Assembly: GCF_963675065.2 (NCBI RefSeq)
Contig: NZ_CAXXLR010000001.1
Location: forward strand, 56,550 to 120,549
Reading direction: 5' to 3'
Length of the DNA: 64,000 nucleotides
Source: an uncultured Draconibacterium sp.
GTDB taxonomy: Bacteria; Bacteroidota; Bacteroidia; Bacteroidales; Prolixibacteraceae
Under the pieces are notes generated by a model. It was not told the DNA's origin and ran no database searches. It worked only from the letters and a program-made list of their open reading frames with translations. Within the stretch, counting starts at the first letter, position 1; each line of letters begins with the position of its first letter. Made by a program: the position numbers and the translations under genes. Positions 18,379 to 28,472 of the stretch are shown here, piece after piece.

Positions 18379-21300
18379 TTGGAATGTAGTATACAGATCT
18401 TAAACTGGCTTTCATTGAAATGGAATACAATCAATTATTCATGCCGAAAGAATGATAAAAAATTACCCTGGTTCGTTCAAAAACTTCGCGTTATACTGGT
18501 CTGTCTGTTTTTTCTCGCATCTTACTCCAATACTTTATCCCAGGAATATTTCCAGCAAGAAGTCAACTACAAAATTCAGGTTTCGTTAAACGATAAGCTT
18601 CATAAATTAAGTGCATTAGAAACCCTTGAATACATCAACCACTCACCGGACACGCTTCATCTATTATATTTCCATTTATGGCCCAATGCCTATTCAAACA
18701 ACACGACTCCTTTAGCCCGTCAAATGTTTCAGTTTTATGGAAAAGAGAAGTTGTTCAATAATCCTGAATTAAGAGGAGCTATTGATTCGCTTGATTTTGC
18801 AGTAAATGGAAGCAAGGTTAATTGGGAATTATTATCCGGCCAGCCCGACATTTGCCGGATATATCTGGAGGTTCCCTTAAATCCGGGCGACAGCCTGCTT
18901 ATTACCACCCCTTTCCGGGTAAAAATCCCCAAAGGAGTAACTTCCAGACTGGGTCACATCGGCGAATCTTATCAAATTTCACAATGGTATCCCAAGCCGG
19001 CAGTTTATGATAAAAATGGATGGCATCCAATGTCGTATCTTGATCAAGGAGAATTCTATTCTGAATTTGGCCGTTTTGAGGTGTATATAACTTTGCCCGC
19101 TAATTACATTGTAGGAACATCGGGAAACCTACAAAACTACAGCGAAATTGAAATGCTGGATAAACTTGCAGCCGACACTGCCTGGATAAAAACCGCCAGT
19201 TTAACAGATACTGATTTTCCGGCTTCATCAAAACAGGTTAAAACACTCCATTACACTGCCGATAAAATTCATGATTTTGCATGGTTTGCGGATAAACGGT
19301 TCCATGTGCAGAGAGGAAAGGTGAAACTTCCAAACTCCGACAGAGAAGTAACGACCATGGTTTTGTTTACAAATGAGCAATCTGAACTTTGGAAAGATGC
19401 CTTACAATATGTAGATGAAGCAATTTATTGGTTTTCGGATAAAATTGGCGATTATCCCTATCAAAGTTTTACGGCAGTTCAAAGCGCGCTCACTTCGGGC
19501 GACGGAATGGAATATCCGGGACTTACCGTGGTCGGACTGGCAGACAATGCCTATGCGCTCGACGAAGTTCTTTCTCACGAAATTTGCCACAACTGGTTTT
19601 ACAGTGCGCTGGGGTCGAATGAGCGTAGATACCCATTTATGGATGAAAGCATTACCAGCGCCTACACCGACCGGTATTTGGCGGAAAAATATCCGGAGAA
19701 AAAGCTTTGGGAGGTGTACCTGAAAAACAGAAAGTTGGCAAAATTTGTACATGTCGACAAATTGCCAATCCAGCGATTAAAGGAAATGGAATGGCTTTTC
19801 CAGGCACGTAACAACCGGGAACAACCGATAAACATTCCTGCAACAGAATATACCGATTTAAATTACGTATTGATGCTTTACAACAAAGCCGCAATTTCTT
19901 TTAATTATCTGCGGATTTATCTTGGTGATGCTGTTTTTGATTCGGCAATGCAGGAATATTTTCGCCAATGGAGGTTCAAACATCCACAACCCGAAGACCT
20001 ACGCGAAATTATTGAAACACATTCAGAAAAGGATTTAAGCTGGTTTTTTACCGATTTACTGGGCACTACCAAACGAATCGACTATAAAATGGTTCGCACA
20101 AGTAATCAGCAGGTGCTTATTAAAAACAAAGGAGAATTGGTTTCGCCGCTTTTCATTTCGGGTACAACCGGAGATTCAATTTTCTTTGAAAAATGGGAAG
20201 ATGGTTTTAAAGGCAAAAAATGGATCGATCTTCCATCGGGTGATTATACAGAACTAATTATCGATCCCGGACATACAACACCTGAGATCTTCAGAATCAA
20301 CAATAATATCAAAACAAGCGGTACTTTTCCAAAGGCTGATCCTATTCGAACTCAGCTCCTCTTTTCAATGGATGACACGGAAGCACACACAATTATGTAT
20401 ATGCCTGCAATTAACTGGACCAGAGAAAACAGTTTTATGCTGGGCATGGCAATTCATAACGGCTTTATTATTCCCAAACCAATCGAATATTTTGTGATGC
20501 CATTTTATGCATTCGGAAATTCGGATTTGGCCGGATTTGGTCGAATAAATTACAACATTACCCCTTATGATAAATTAATCCGTTTGGCAACTATCTCGCT
20601 TGAAGGAACACAATTTGGTGCACCGGGCAATTACAATTATCACAGGATTAAAACAGGACTGGAACTTCATTTTCGAAATAAAAAAATGACTCACCCTTTC
20701 CAACAGAGCATATTGGGAAATTACATTGCCGCATCCAATCTTTCTCATATTAATCATCAGGAGAAGGCAAAATTGAATTCATATATCCAAATTGGTTACC
20801 TGCTTGAAAAGACCGGTTTTGTTAATCCATATACTTTGCTGACATCTTTCGAATCCGGAAAAACGTACAAAAAAACATCGCTGGAGTTAAATTACAAATT
20901 AAGTTACTTAGGAAAAAAGGATGGACTGGAGATGCGTTTTTTTGCCGGGGCGATGCTAAAAAACGATGCCAATAATCCATTCTACGCATTTTCAGCAAGC
21001 GGAAGAAACGGAAGGGAACAATATCTTTACGAAGGAAACTACCCGGACCGTTTCAGTGTATTTCCCGAGAACTTTTTCTCCCGGCAAATGACACTTACTG
21101 AAGGAGGCCTTGTTTCTCCTTTGAACAATAGCCTGGGATATAGCCGGTGGCTTATTTCGTTTTCGCTTACAAGCAATTTGCCCGGCAAAGCTGCCAAATT
21201 CCCGGTAAAACCATTTCTTAATTTATTAATGAATGACCATGGCATTTCAGCCAGCCAAAATTCGCTGATCTTTTACGAAGCCGGCTTGAAAACCGGATTT

Positions 21301-21438
21301 TGGAATTTTTTTGAAATCTATATTCCCTTACTTGTTTCCAAAAATATTGATTCAGTCGATAGCACTTTCAAAAACAGGATCCGATTTGTTTTCTCAATCG
21401 ATTCAATCAGCAGGTTCAGATTAAATGGCAATATATAG
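18379..21438 (+). CDS. M1 family metallopeptidase with C-terminal extension; start uncertain
   Basis: GMEYP and HEICH zinc motifs; the signal peptide before QEYFQQ suggests a later start. Confidence 0.85.
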   Translation: MECSIQILNWLSLKWNTINYSCRKNDKKLPWFVQKLRVILVCLFFLASYSNTLSQEYFQQEVNYKIQVSLNDKLHKLSALETLEYINHSPDTLHLLYFHLWPNAYSNNTTPLARQMFQFYGKEKLFNNPELRGAIDSLDFAVNGSKVNWELLSGQPDICRIYLEVPLNPGDSLLITTPFRVKIPKGVTSRLGHIGESYQISQWYPKPAVYDKNGWHPMSYLDQGEFYSEFGRFEVYITLPANYIVGTSGNLQNYSEIEMLDKLAADTAWIKTASLTDTDFPASSKQVKTLHYTADKIHDFAWFADKRFHVQRGKVKLPNSDREVTTMVLFTNEQSELWKDALQYVDEAIYWFSDKIGDYPYQSFTAVQSALTSGDGMEYPGLTVVGLADNAYALDEVLSHEICHNWFYSALGSNERRYPFMDESITSAYTDRYLAEKYPEKKLWEVYLKNRKLAKFVHVDKLPIQRLKEMEWLFQARNNREQPINIPATEYTDLNYVLMLYNKAAISFNYLRIYLGDAVFDSAMQEYFRQWRFKHPQPEDLREIIETHSEKDLSWFFTDLLGTTKRIDYKMVRTSNQQVLIKNKGELVSPLFISGTTGDSIFFEKWEDGFKGKKWIDLPSGDYTELIIDPGHTTPEIFRINNNIKTSGTFPKADPIRTQLLFSMDDTEAHTIMYMPAINWTRENSFMLGMAIHNGFIIPKPIEYFVMPFYAFGNSDLAGFGRINYNITPYDKLIRLATISLEGTQFGAPGNYNYHRIKTGLELHFRNKKMTHPFQQSILGNYIAASNLSHINHQEKAKLNSYIQIGYLLEKTGFVNPYTLLTSFESGKTYKKTSLELNYKLSYLGKKDGLEMRFFAGAMLKNDANNPFYAFSASGRNGREQYLYEGNYPDRFSVFPENFFSRQMTLTEGGLVSPLNNSLGYSRWLISFSLTSNLPGKAAKFPVKPFLNLLMNDHGISASQNSLIFYEAGLKTGFWNFFEIYIPLLVSKNIDSVDSTFKNRIRFVFSIDSISRFRLNGNI

Positions 21439-21455
21439 CTGTTTGTCGTTTCCCA

Positions 21456-21494
21456 AATGTGTGAATGATGTAACTCTTTCACGAAATAATGTAA
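21456..21494 (+). promoter_or_regulatory. Repeat box #5
   Basis: AATGTGTGAA TGATGTAA N13 TAATGTAA; GACCTTTG at 21517. Confidence 0.85.
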
Positions 21495-21561
21495 TAAATT
21501 CTATGGCAGGTTGGCAGACCTTTGCAAGGAAGGATTTAGTAACAAATTAAAATTTAAAAAT

Positions 21562-21747
21562 ATGCCTATTTTAACGATCATTATTGTGATTTTGGTTGTA
21601 GGAGTTATTCTCTGGTTGGTAAATAACTACATTCCTATGCAACGCACCATTAAAAATATTCTTAATGCGGTGGTTGTAATTATTCTTGTGATTTGGCTGC
21701 TGAAGGCATTTGGTGTTTTGGACAGCTTACAAAACATAAAAATTTAG
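21562..21747 (+). CDS. Thivi_2564-family small membrane protein
   Basis: MPILTIIIVILVVGVILWLVNNYIPMQRTIKNILNAVVVI. Confidence 0.8.
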   Translation: MPILTIIIVILVVGVILWLVNNYIPMQRTIKNILNAVVVIILVIWLLKAFGVLDSLQNIKI

Positions 21748-21805
21748 GATTAGTTTTATCTGCGATCATTTCTGTCTTCTTTTTGAATTGGATAAAATTG
21801 GGTCA

Positions 21806-21844
21806 AATGTGAGAATATTGTAATTCTTATTCAAAATTATGTAA
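21806..21844 (+). promoter_or_regulatory. Repeat box #6
   Basis: AATGTGAGAA TATTGTAA N13 TTATGTAA; CACCTTTG at 21867. Confidence 0.8.
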
Positions 21845-21933
21845 TATTCTCCGAACCCAAAGTTTTCACCTTTGCTCAGTGAAAATATTTTCACGACTGT
21901 GCCGCCAGACGCGGTAAAAATATTCAGAATAAA

Positions 21934-22755
21934 ATGATAAAAAAAAATAAAGTATTCAATGCCTTAGCGATGGTTTTGGTGGCCATATTACCGGTACTAA
22001 ACAGCGGTTGTAAAAATGAAGACACACCGCCCCTGGAAACAAGTTTTAATCTGAAAGTACAAGATGTTCTTGGAGTTACGGGTACTGCAACTTTTATTGA
22101 AACAAGCGCTACCGTGTCGACAATAACGTTAAAACTGTATGGCGCTCCTTCAGGAACTCATCCGGCTGCCTTGTACATGAATTCAGTTGTCGAGGGTGGC
22201 GAAATTGTTCAGGAGCTCAATCCTGTAGATGCTTCAGGCACCAGTTCTACCGATGTAAATTTATTAACTTACAATCAGCTGATAGCTTATGACGGCTTTA
22301 TAAAAGTGATTAAGAGCAGCAACGAACCTAACATCATTTTAGTACAGGGCGACATTGGCGGAAATGTACTGACAGGGGACAAAACGACTTTTGTTTTGGA
22401 TACAATTGGCGCATTTGGCGTTTCGGGAACTGCACTTTTCGAAAAAAGGGAAAACGGGAATACTCTGGTAACCCTTTCGCTAACCGGTGCAATTGCAGAA
22501 GAAATGTATCCGGCAACCATTAACTTGAGTTCTGTGGCCACAATTGGAGGCGGACCTGTAACAAAAACATTAAACAATGTTAATGGGACTACCGGGAAAA
22601 GCTTTACCAACATCCGAAAACTGGACGAAGGCCTGAAAATAACCTATGATAATTGGCTGGTTTATAATGGCTATATTAATATTTATCAGACAGCGGTTGA
22701 TTTTAACAATATTATTAGCCATGGAAATATAGGGTCGAACGTAAACAGCAATTGA
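21934..22755 (+). CDS. Lipoprotein with two CHRD-like repeats
   Basis: Lipobox NSGC; two internal repeats (GTATF..HPAALY..GG..Y..L..YDG / GTALF..YPATIN..GG..Y..L.YNG). Confidence 0.65.
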   Translation: MIKKNKVFNALAMVLVAILPVLNSGCKNEDTPPLETSFNLKVQDVLGVTGTATFIETSATVSTITLKLYGAPSGTHPAALYMNSVVEGGEIVQELNPVDASGTSSTDVNLLTYNQLIAYDGFIKVIKSSNEPNIILVQGDIGGNVLTGDKTTFVLDTIGAFGVSGTALFEKRENGNTLVTLSLTGAIAEEMYPATINLSSVATIGGGPVTKTLNNVNGTTGKSFTNIRKLDEGLKITYDNWLVYNGYINIYQTAVDFNNIISHGNIGSNVNSN

Positions 22756-22817
22756 TGCTGCGCAAATAATCCAAATACTCTTTTGCCGTATTACCGAAAA
22801 ATTATTGCCAAACCAAT

Positions 22818-24518
22818 ATGAAAAAGCAAAAAAGCACATTCAATAAAGTCGACAATTTGCATTCAAAAGCAGAAGCCTTCCTAAATAAAAAAGACAAAGG
22901 ATCTAAACTTTCTTTTTCCGAAGCCGATAATTTAAAGCTCATATATGAACTTGAAGTGCATCAGGAAGAATTGGAGGCACAAAACGAAGAATTAAGGCTG
23001 GCAAAGGAAAAAGCAGAACGAGCAGAAAAGAGATACACGGAATTATATGACTTTTCCCCTTCAGGATACCTGTCGCTTACAAAGACGGGGAAAATTACGA
23101 ATTTGAATTTTAATGTAGAACGCTTGTTGGGGAAAAAGCGCTCGTCGCTGATTAACAGTAGTTTTGGCTTTTTTATTTCTTCCGACACAAGAACCATTTA
23201 TACTAATTTTCTGGATGAAATATTCAAAACCCAATTAAAACAAAGCTGCGAACTTAAACTGGAAACTAAATCCGACGATGTGACTTATGTACTCGTCAAC
23301 GGTATTGTCAGTAATATTGATGAAAAATGTCTGATATCATTGGTTGATATAACAAAGCGTAAAATTATCGAGATCGAATTAATAAAAGCCAAAGAGAAAG
23401 CAGAAGAAGGTGAAAGGCTAAAGTCGGCGTTTCTTGCCAACATGAGTCACGAAATTCGAACACCCATGAATGGTATTATGGGGTTCTCCGAGCTTTTAAA
23501 AACGTTAAAGCTGACCGGTGAAAAACAGCAGGAGTTTATTGATATTATTCAGAAAAGCGGTACACGTATGCTCAATATTATAAACGATATTATTAACATT
23601 TCAAAAATAGAATCGCAACAAATTGAAGTTCTGGTTTCCGACACAAACATAAACGAACAGGTAGAGTACATTTATCATTTTTTCAAGCTCGAAGCAGATC
23701 AAAAAAAATTGAATTTTTCCTTCAAAAATGGACTGAATTCAAAAAATGCTTTAATCCGTACAGACCGGGAAAAAGTGTATGCAATTCTTACCAACCTGGT
23801 TAAAAATGCCATAAAGTTTACCCAAACAGGCTCCATTGAATTGGGTTACGAATTGAAGAGTGAACGCATAGAATTTTATGTAAAAGATAGTGGACCCGGT
23901 ATTCCGGATGAACAGAAAAAAATCATTTTTGAACGCTTCAGACAAGGCCACAAATCCTTAACATCTAACGTTGAAGGAGCCGGCCTTGGATTATCTATCT
24001 CAAAAGCATACGTCGAAATGTTGGGTGGCGAAATTTGGGCAGAGAATAATATTGGACAAGGTTCAACATTCCGTTTTACCCTTCCTCATCTTAATGGGAT
24101 TAAAGAAAAAGAACCACATCAAATAGTTGCTGAGGAAGAAATCAGTTCAATAAGAAAGATAAAAATACTGGTTGTTGAAGACGATAAAACTTCCCAACGA
24201 TTATTAGGTTTTATGATTGAGCATTTGACAGGCGAAATAATCCAGGTTACTACTGGTGAGGAGGCTGTTGAGATCTGTCGTGAAAATCCCGATATTGATT
24301 TGGTGCTTATGGATATACAGATGCCCGGAATAAATGGCCTTGAAGCTACACGCCAAATTCGCGAGTTTAACAAAGAGATTGTTATCATTGCGCAAACAGC
24401 GTTTGCATTAAACGGCGACAGGGGAAAGTCAATTGAAGCAGGATGTAACGATTACATTTCAAAACCGATTAACCGGGCCAATTTAAATAATATGATAAAC
24501 AATTATTTTCGCAATTAG
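22818..24518 (+). CDS. Hybrid sensor kinase (PAS-HisKA-HATPase-receiver)
   Basis: FLANMSHEIRTPMN H-box, NAIKFT, DSGPGI, GAGLGL, receiver VLMDIQMP. Confidence 0.92.
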   Translation: MKKQKSTFNKVDNLHSKAEAFLNKKDKGSKLSFSEADNLKLIYELEVHQEELEAQNEELRLAKEKAERAEKRYTELYDFSPSGYLSLTKTGKITNLNFNVERLLGKKRSSLINSSFGFFISSDTRTIYTNFLDEIFKTQLKQSCELKLETKSDDVTYVLVNGIVSNIDEKCLISLVDITKRKIIEIELIKAKEKAEEGERLKSAFLANMSHEIRTPMNGIMGFSELLKTLKLTGEKQQEFIDIIQKSGTRMLNIINDIINISKIESQQIEVLVSDTNINEQVEYIYHFFKLEADQKKLNFSFKNGLNSKNALIRTDREKVYAILTNLVKNAIKFTQTGSIELGYELKSERIEFYVKDSGPGIPDEQKKIIFERFRQGHKSLTSNVEGAGLGLSISKAYVEMLGGEIWAENNIGQGSTFRFTLPHLNGIKEKEPHQIVAEEEISSIRKIKILVVEDDKTSQRLLGFMIEHLTGEIIQVTTGEEAVEICRENPDIDLVLMDIQMPGINGLEATRQIREFNKEIVIIAQTAFALNGDRGKSIEAGCNDYISKPINRANLNNMINNYFRN

Positions 24519-24530
24519 CCTGGTCGTAAA

Positions 24531-24569
24531 AATGTGAGAATAATGTAACTAAATCCTAAAGTTGTGTAA
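24531..24569 (+). promoter_or_regulatory. Repeat box #7
   Basis: AATGTGAGAA TAATGTAA N13 TTGTGTAA; canonical TACCTTTG at 24592. Confidence 0.85.
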
Positions 24570-24639
24570 CAATTTCAGAGCGAATGAGAAATACCTTTGA
24601 TAGTGCATTAATTTATATGCACAGTTAATACTGAAAATT

Positions 24640-25101
24640 ATGAAAAAAATATTTTTTACACTGGCTGTTGTACTATTTATAGCTGGTTCAAATTTCACTG
24701 GGTGCAATACTCCTTCGCAAAAACTTGAAAATGCTGAGGAAGATGTAACCGAAGCAAAAAAGGCGGTTTTAGATGCGCAGAGTGATCTAAACCAGGCTCA
24801 TCAGGATTCGATTACAGCATACCAGCAATTCAAAATTGAATATGAAAACAGAATTATTGCAAACCAAAAAAGTATCGACGAGCTAAAAGTAAAAATTGTA
24901 AGTGCAAACAAGGAGAATAAAGCATTGTACGAAACAAAACTGGCCGAACTGCAGAAAAGAAACAACGATTTGAAAGTTAAACTGGTTAACTACAAAGCAG
25001 ATGAAACGGATAACTGGCAAACATTCAAGCTGGAGTTTAAACGGGACATGGATGAACTGGGAAAAGCATTTTCCGATTTTACGGTGAGTAATACAAAATA
25101 A
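24640..25101 (+). CDS. Coiled-coil lipoprotein (stress-associated family)
   Basis: Lipobox FTGC; C-terminal WQTFKLEFKRDMDELG. Confidence 0.75.
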   Translation: MKKIFFTLAVVLFIAGSNFTGCNTPSQKLENAEEDVTEAKKAVLDAQSDLNQAHQDSITAYQQFKIEYENRIIANQKSIDELKVKIVSANKENKALYETKLAELQKRNNDLKVKLVNYKADETDNWQTFKLEFKRDMDELGKAFSDFTVSNTK

Positions 25102-25376
25102 TATCGAAATAGATAAATAAACGAAATGGCTGTCAAATCGATATCATATCATCCTAAAGTGCTCAGATTCTATAAGATAAAGGCAACTACAAAAGTTTGG
25201 AAAATTCAGATTCAATTGCCTATGGGAGTTTGGTTAAAGAATAGTACAAATGTTGAAACCACAAAATGGACTATTTGGCAATTATTAAATTAATGGACAA
25301 TTATTGAATCCAAAAGTGTTTGTAAAAGACAAAAACATTTAGAAAAATAAAACAAGATACTTTAAAGCTTAATGCC

Positions 25377-25532
25377 ATGGGAAATTTACTTTACATTATC
25401 GCAGTTATACTGATTATAGCATGGGCTATTGGATTTGTAGGTTACAATGTCGGTGGCCTTATACATATATTGCTCGTAATTGCAGTAATTGCAATTATAG
25501 TTCGAATTATCCAGGGAAGACGGATTTTGTAA
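25377..25532 (+). CDS. lmo0937-family (DUF5670) small membrane protein
   Basis: MGNLLYIIAVILIIAWAIGFVGYNVGGLIHILLVIAVIAIIVRIIQGRRIL*; 51 aa, absent from the ORF track. Confidence 0.9.
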   Translation: MGNLLYIIAVILIIAWAIGFVGYNVGGLIHILLVIAVIAIIVRIIQGRRIL

Positions 25533-25621
25533 AAAATCATTCATTCTATGTTGGGAATAAGACAAATAATTATGGACTTCTGGGGTCAACTTAGCCCCGT
25601 TTATATAGTTGGGTTAAATTT

Positions 25622-25652
25622 AAAAATGTGGGCATTATGTCCACATTTTTTT
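25622..25652 (+). terminator. Probable intrinsic terminator after lmo0937
   Basis: aaaaatgtgggcat-t-atgtccacattttt near-perfect palindrome with a T tract. Confidence 0.55.
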
Positions 25653-25701
25653 CTTTAATATTCTTAATGCGCAAACGATTAATAGCTTAAAAACAAAAGT
25701 C

Positions 25702-26505
25702 ATGAAAAAAATTATTATCTCAATATTTATCGCATCTATTCTAACCGGGTGTATTTTAAACAAAGTAACTGGTCGTAAACAATTGAGTCTTGTTCCGGAA
25801 TCGGAATTGCAAGTGATGGCCGTCAGCCAATACAGCACATTCCTGTCAGAAAATAAGGTATTAAATCCGCGCAACAACAAAAGCGCAGCAATGGTTGACC
25901 AGGTTGGTGCACGTATTTCAAATGCTATTACACAATATTACAATAGCCAGGGGAAAAAATCAGTAACTGAAGGCTACAAATGGGAATTTAACACCATAGA
26001 AAGCAAAGAAGCCAATGCCTGGTGCATGCCCGGCGGGAAAGTGGTTGTATATACCGGCTTATTGTCAATAACCCAAAACGAAACAGCGCTGGCCATTGTT
26101 GTCGGGCACGAAATTGCGCATGCCATTGCCAAGCACGGCAGCGAACGTATGAGCCAGGGAATGATGCAACAGCTGGGTGGAATGGCCTTAGAGGTTGCTT
26201 TATCGCAAAAACCGCAGGATACTCAAAATTTGTTTATGCAGGCTTATGGCATTGGAAGCACAGTTGGCGCCGTGTTACCGTGGTCGAGACAGCAGGAAAC
26301 AGAAGCCGACCAATACGGGTTAATTTTTGCTGCAATGGCTGGCTACGATCCCCGTGAAGCAATACCTTTCTGGCAACGAATGTCGAATGCAGGTGGGGCA
26401 AAACCACCAGAATTTTTGAGCACTCACCCATCGGATGAGACAAGGATGAGAAAGCTCAATCAATTTATGCCTGAAGCCATGAAATATTATAAACAGGGCA
26501 ATTGA
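25702..26505 (+). CDS. M48 family metalloprotease lipoprotein
   Basis: Lipobox LTGC; NAWCMPGGK, HEIAH, E.EADQYG, FLSTHP. Confidence 0.9.
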   Translation: MKKIIISIFIASILTGCILNKVTGRKQLSLVPESELQVMAVSQYSTFLSENKVLNPRNNKSAAMVDQVGARISNAITQYYNSQGKKSVTEGYKWEFNTIESKEANAWCMPGGKVVVYTGLLSITQNETALAIVVGHEIAHAIAKHGSERMSQGMMQQLGGMALEVALSQKPQDTQNLFMQAYGIGSTVGAVLPWSRQQETEADQYGLIFAAMAGYDPREAIPFWQRMSNAGGAKPPEFLSTHPSDETRMRKLNQFMPEAMKYYKQGN

Positions 26506-26580
26506 TGGGACTGATATTTCTGTACAAAATTCCATTCAATCAAAACCACTTCCGGCAGGCAAAAAAGGCAAACTATTTCA

Positions 26581-26619
26581 AAAGTGTGAATGATGTAAAT
26601 CTTTCACGAAATTGTGTAA
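26581..26619 (+). promoter_or_regulatory. Repeat box #8
   Basis: AAAGTGTGAA TGATGTAA N13 TTGTGTAA; GATCTTTA at 26642. Confidence 0.85.
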
Positions 26620-26689
26620 TACCTTTTACCCGGGGAAGGCTGATCTTTACAAGTGTTAAATATTAAAACAATTACTTAAAATAATTATT

Positions 26690-27004
26690 ATGAGTTCAGG
26701 AAAAGTTGTACTAGGATTACTGGCAGGCGCTGTCGCCGGTGCATTTGCAGGTATTTTATTAGCCCCTGCAAAAGGTTCGAAAACCAGGAAAAGGATTGCA
26801 AGAAAAGGAGAAGATTACTACGATTCGTTAAAGGAAAAATTTGATGAATTGCTTGATGCCGTTTCCGACAAATTTGAAGAGGTAAAAGAAGATGTTACCG
26901 AATATGCTGAAAAAATAAAAGAAGATGTTTCGGATTTTGCTGAAAAAAAGATGTCTAAAACACCCGAAGAAACAGAAAAAAACGCTAAAGCAACGGAAGT
27001 TTAA
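26690..27004 (+). CDS. YtxH-domain protein
   Basis: GLLAGAVAGAFAGILLAP.KG..TR. Confidence 0.9.
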   Translation: MSSGKVVLGLLAGAVAGAFAGILLAPAKGSKTRKRIARKGEDYYDSLKEKFDELLDAVSDKFEEVKEDVTEYAEKIKEDVSDFAEKKMSKTPEETEKNAKATEV

Positions 27005-27107
27005 CTAAAGTTTCAGGTTAATGTAAAAGTGCAATAGACTAAAAACTAAAGCATTTTAAACAAAAACATTTAAGCGCATTGTTAAGGCAAAATAAACAGG
27101 AAGTCGG

Positions 27108-27389
27108 ATGAAAGGAGAGTTGCACTCAAAGATTCTTATGAACAGAGCAGACAAGCAAATTGTGCTAACCACTATTCATGAGAATACAGAAATTGATTCT
27201 TATCAATCGGATGATTCAGTTACTTTTCAGGTAATTGGGGGAAAATTGAAACTTCGTACGCGAAAGAAATCAATAATTCTTCATGAAGGCCAGTTTTTTT
27301 CACTTCATAAAAACACGAATTACAACCTTTCAACAAAGGAAGAAACAGTGTTTCTGTTAACAATCTTAAATGGAAGCAAGCAGCAGTAA
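27108..27389 (+). CDS. Small cupin-fold protein
   Basis: TFQVIGGKL...LHEGQ cupin strands, no canonical His ligands. Confidence 0.55.
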   Translation: MKGELHSKILMNRADKQIVLTTIHENTEIDSYQSDDSVTFQVIGGKLKLRTRKKSIILHEGQFFSLHKNTNYNLSTKEETVFLLTILNGSKQQ

Positions 27390-27418
27390 AATGAATACAT
27401 TTTTATAATAATAGTATC

Positions 27419-27772
27419 ATGCCCGAAGTTATGGAAGACATTGTGGATTCAATTGAATCGTTACTGGAAAGTGCTGCCGATTATGGTAAAACAAGCTATG
27501 ATCTTGTAAAACTAAAGACAATTGATAAAACAACAGATGTGGTTTCCTCGTTGATTTCACATGCTGTTGTTTTTGTAATCTTTATGTCATTTCTGCTTTT
27601 TCTCACTTTGGGTCTGGCATTTTGGTTGGGTGAAATTATCGGGAATATGTTTTATGGTTTTTTTGTTGTTGCTGCATTTTACGGCATTGTCGGACTTGTA
27701 CTATATTTCGTTCTTCACGATCGGATTAAAAAGAAGATTTCGGATTATATGATTAAACAGGCACTTAAATAG
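27419..27772 (+). CDS. Phage-holin-like membrane protein (stress-cluster type)
   Basis: Amphipathic N-terminus plus two TM helices; GFFVVAAFY. Confidence 0.7.
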   Translation: MPEVMEDIVDSIESLLESAADYGKTSYDLVKLKTIDKTTDVVSSLISHAVVFVIFMSFLLFLTLGLAFWLGEIIGNMFYGFFVVAAFYGIVGLVLYFVLHDRIKKKISDYMIKQALK

Positions 27773-27778
27773 AATCCA

Positions 27779-28159
27779 ATGGAAAAAATATCTTCCAATG
27801 CTGAACTTCAGAATGCCATCCTAAATCTGGAAGCAGAACAGGCTGTTAAATTGAAACTAATGAAAGAACAATTTAATCTGGCTTATGAGAATTTAAAACC
27901 TGCAAAGCTTATTGAGAGCACCTTGAAAGATATTACCGCTTCTCCTCATCTGATAAACAAAATAATCATCACTTTTTTAGGGATGTTTACCGGTTATCTT
28001 TCCCAAAAAGTCATTACACGTCGATCAGGAAGCAAATTCAGGAAACTTTTCGGATATATTTTGCAATATGGTATCACAAATCTTGTTGCCAGTAACGCTG
28101 AGGCTATAAAGTCATTTTGGCATGTTGTTTCTCATCGTATCCTTTATAAGAAAGAATAA
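27779..28159 (+). CDS. Hypothetical protein partnering the holin-like gene
   Basis: Coupled ORF; EQFNLAYENLKPAKLI. Confidence 0.7.
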   Translation: MEKISSNAELQNAILNLEAEQAVKLKLMKEQFNLAYENLKPAKLIESTLKDITASPHLINKIIITFLGMFTGYLSQKVITRRSGSKFRKLFGYILQYGITNLVASNAEAIKSFWHVVSHRILYKKE

Positions 28160-28373
28160 ATTCTGCAGCTTGTGGCTAGCAAAGAATCGAAAACGAGACG
28201 CGGCGCTTCAGTTGGTTGAAGAACGTATCACATCTTATTCCAACAATTTAAAACTCTGATTAGATGAGTTGTCACAAAATCATCGCCCTGGCATGCGCTG
28301 TTGGTTCTGACGCTCTACGTTGGAATACAATTATATTGAAAATCAAACCGATCTTGAGAAAATTGATTCGGAA

Positions 28374-28412
28374 CATGTGTGAATGATGTAACTCTTTCCG
28401 AAAGTTATGTAA
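28374..28412 (+). promoter_or_regulatory. Repeat box #9
   Basis: CATGTGTGAA TGATGTAA N13 TTATGTAA; CAACTTTC at 28435. Confidence 0.8.
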
Positions 28413-28472
28413 TACTTTCTACTTTGAATATCCTCAACTTTCGCACATTAAATATTCACCAAAAAGAACAAA

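Noticed and set aside
25126-25295. 55-aa ORF between the lipoprotein and lmo0937
   Set aside because: No recognisable family and no box or other support.
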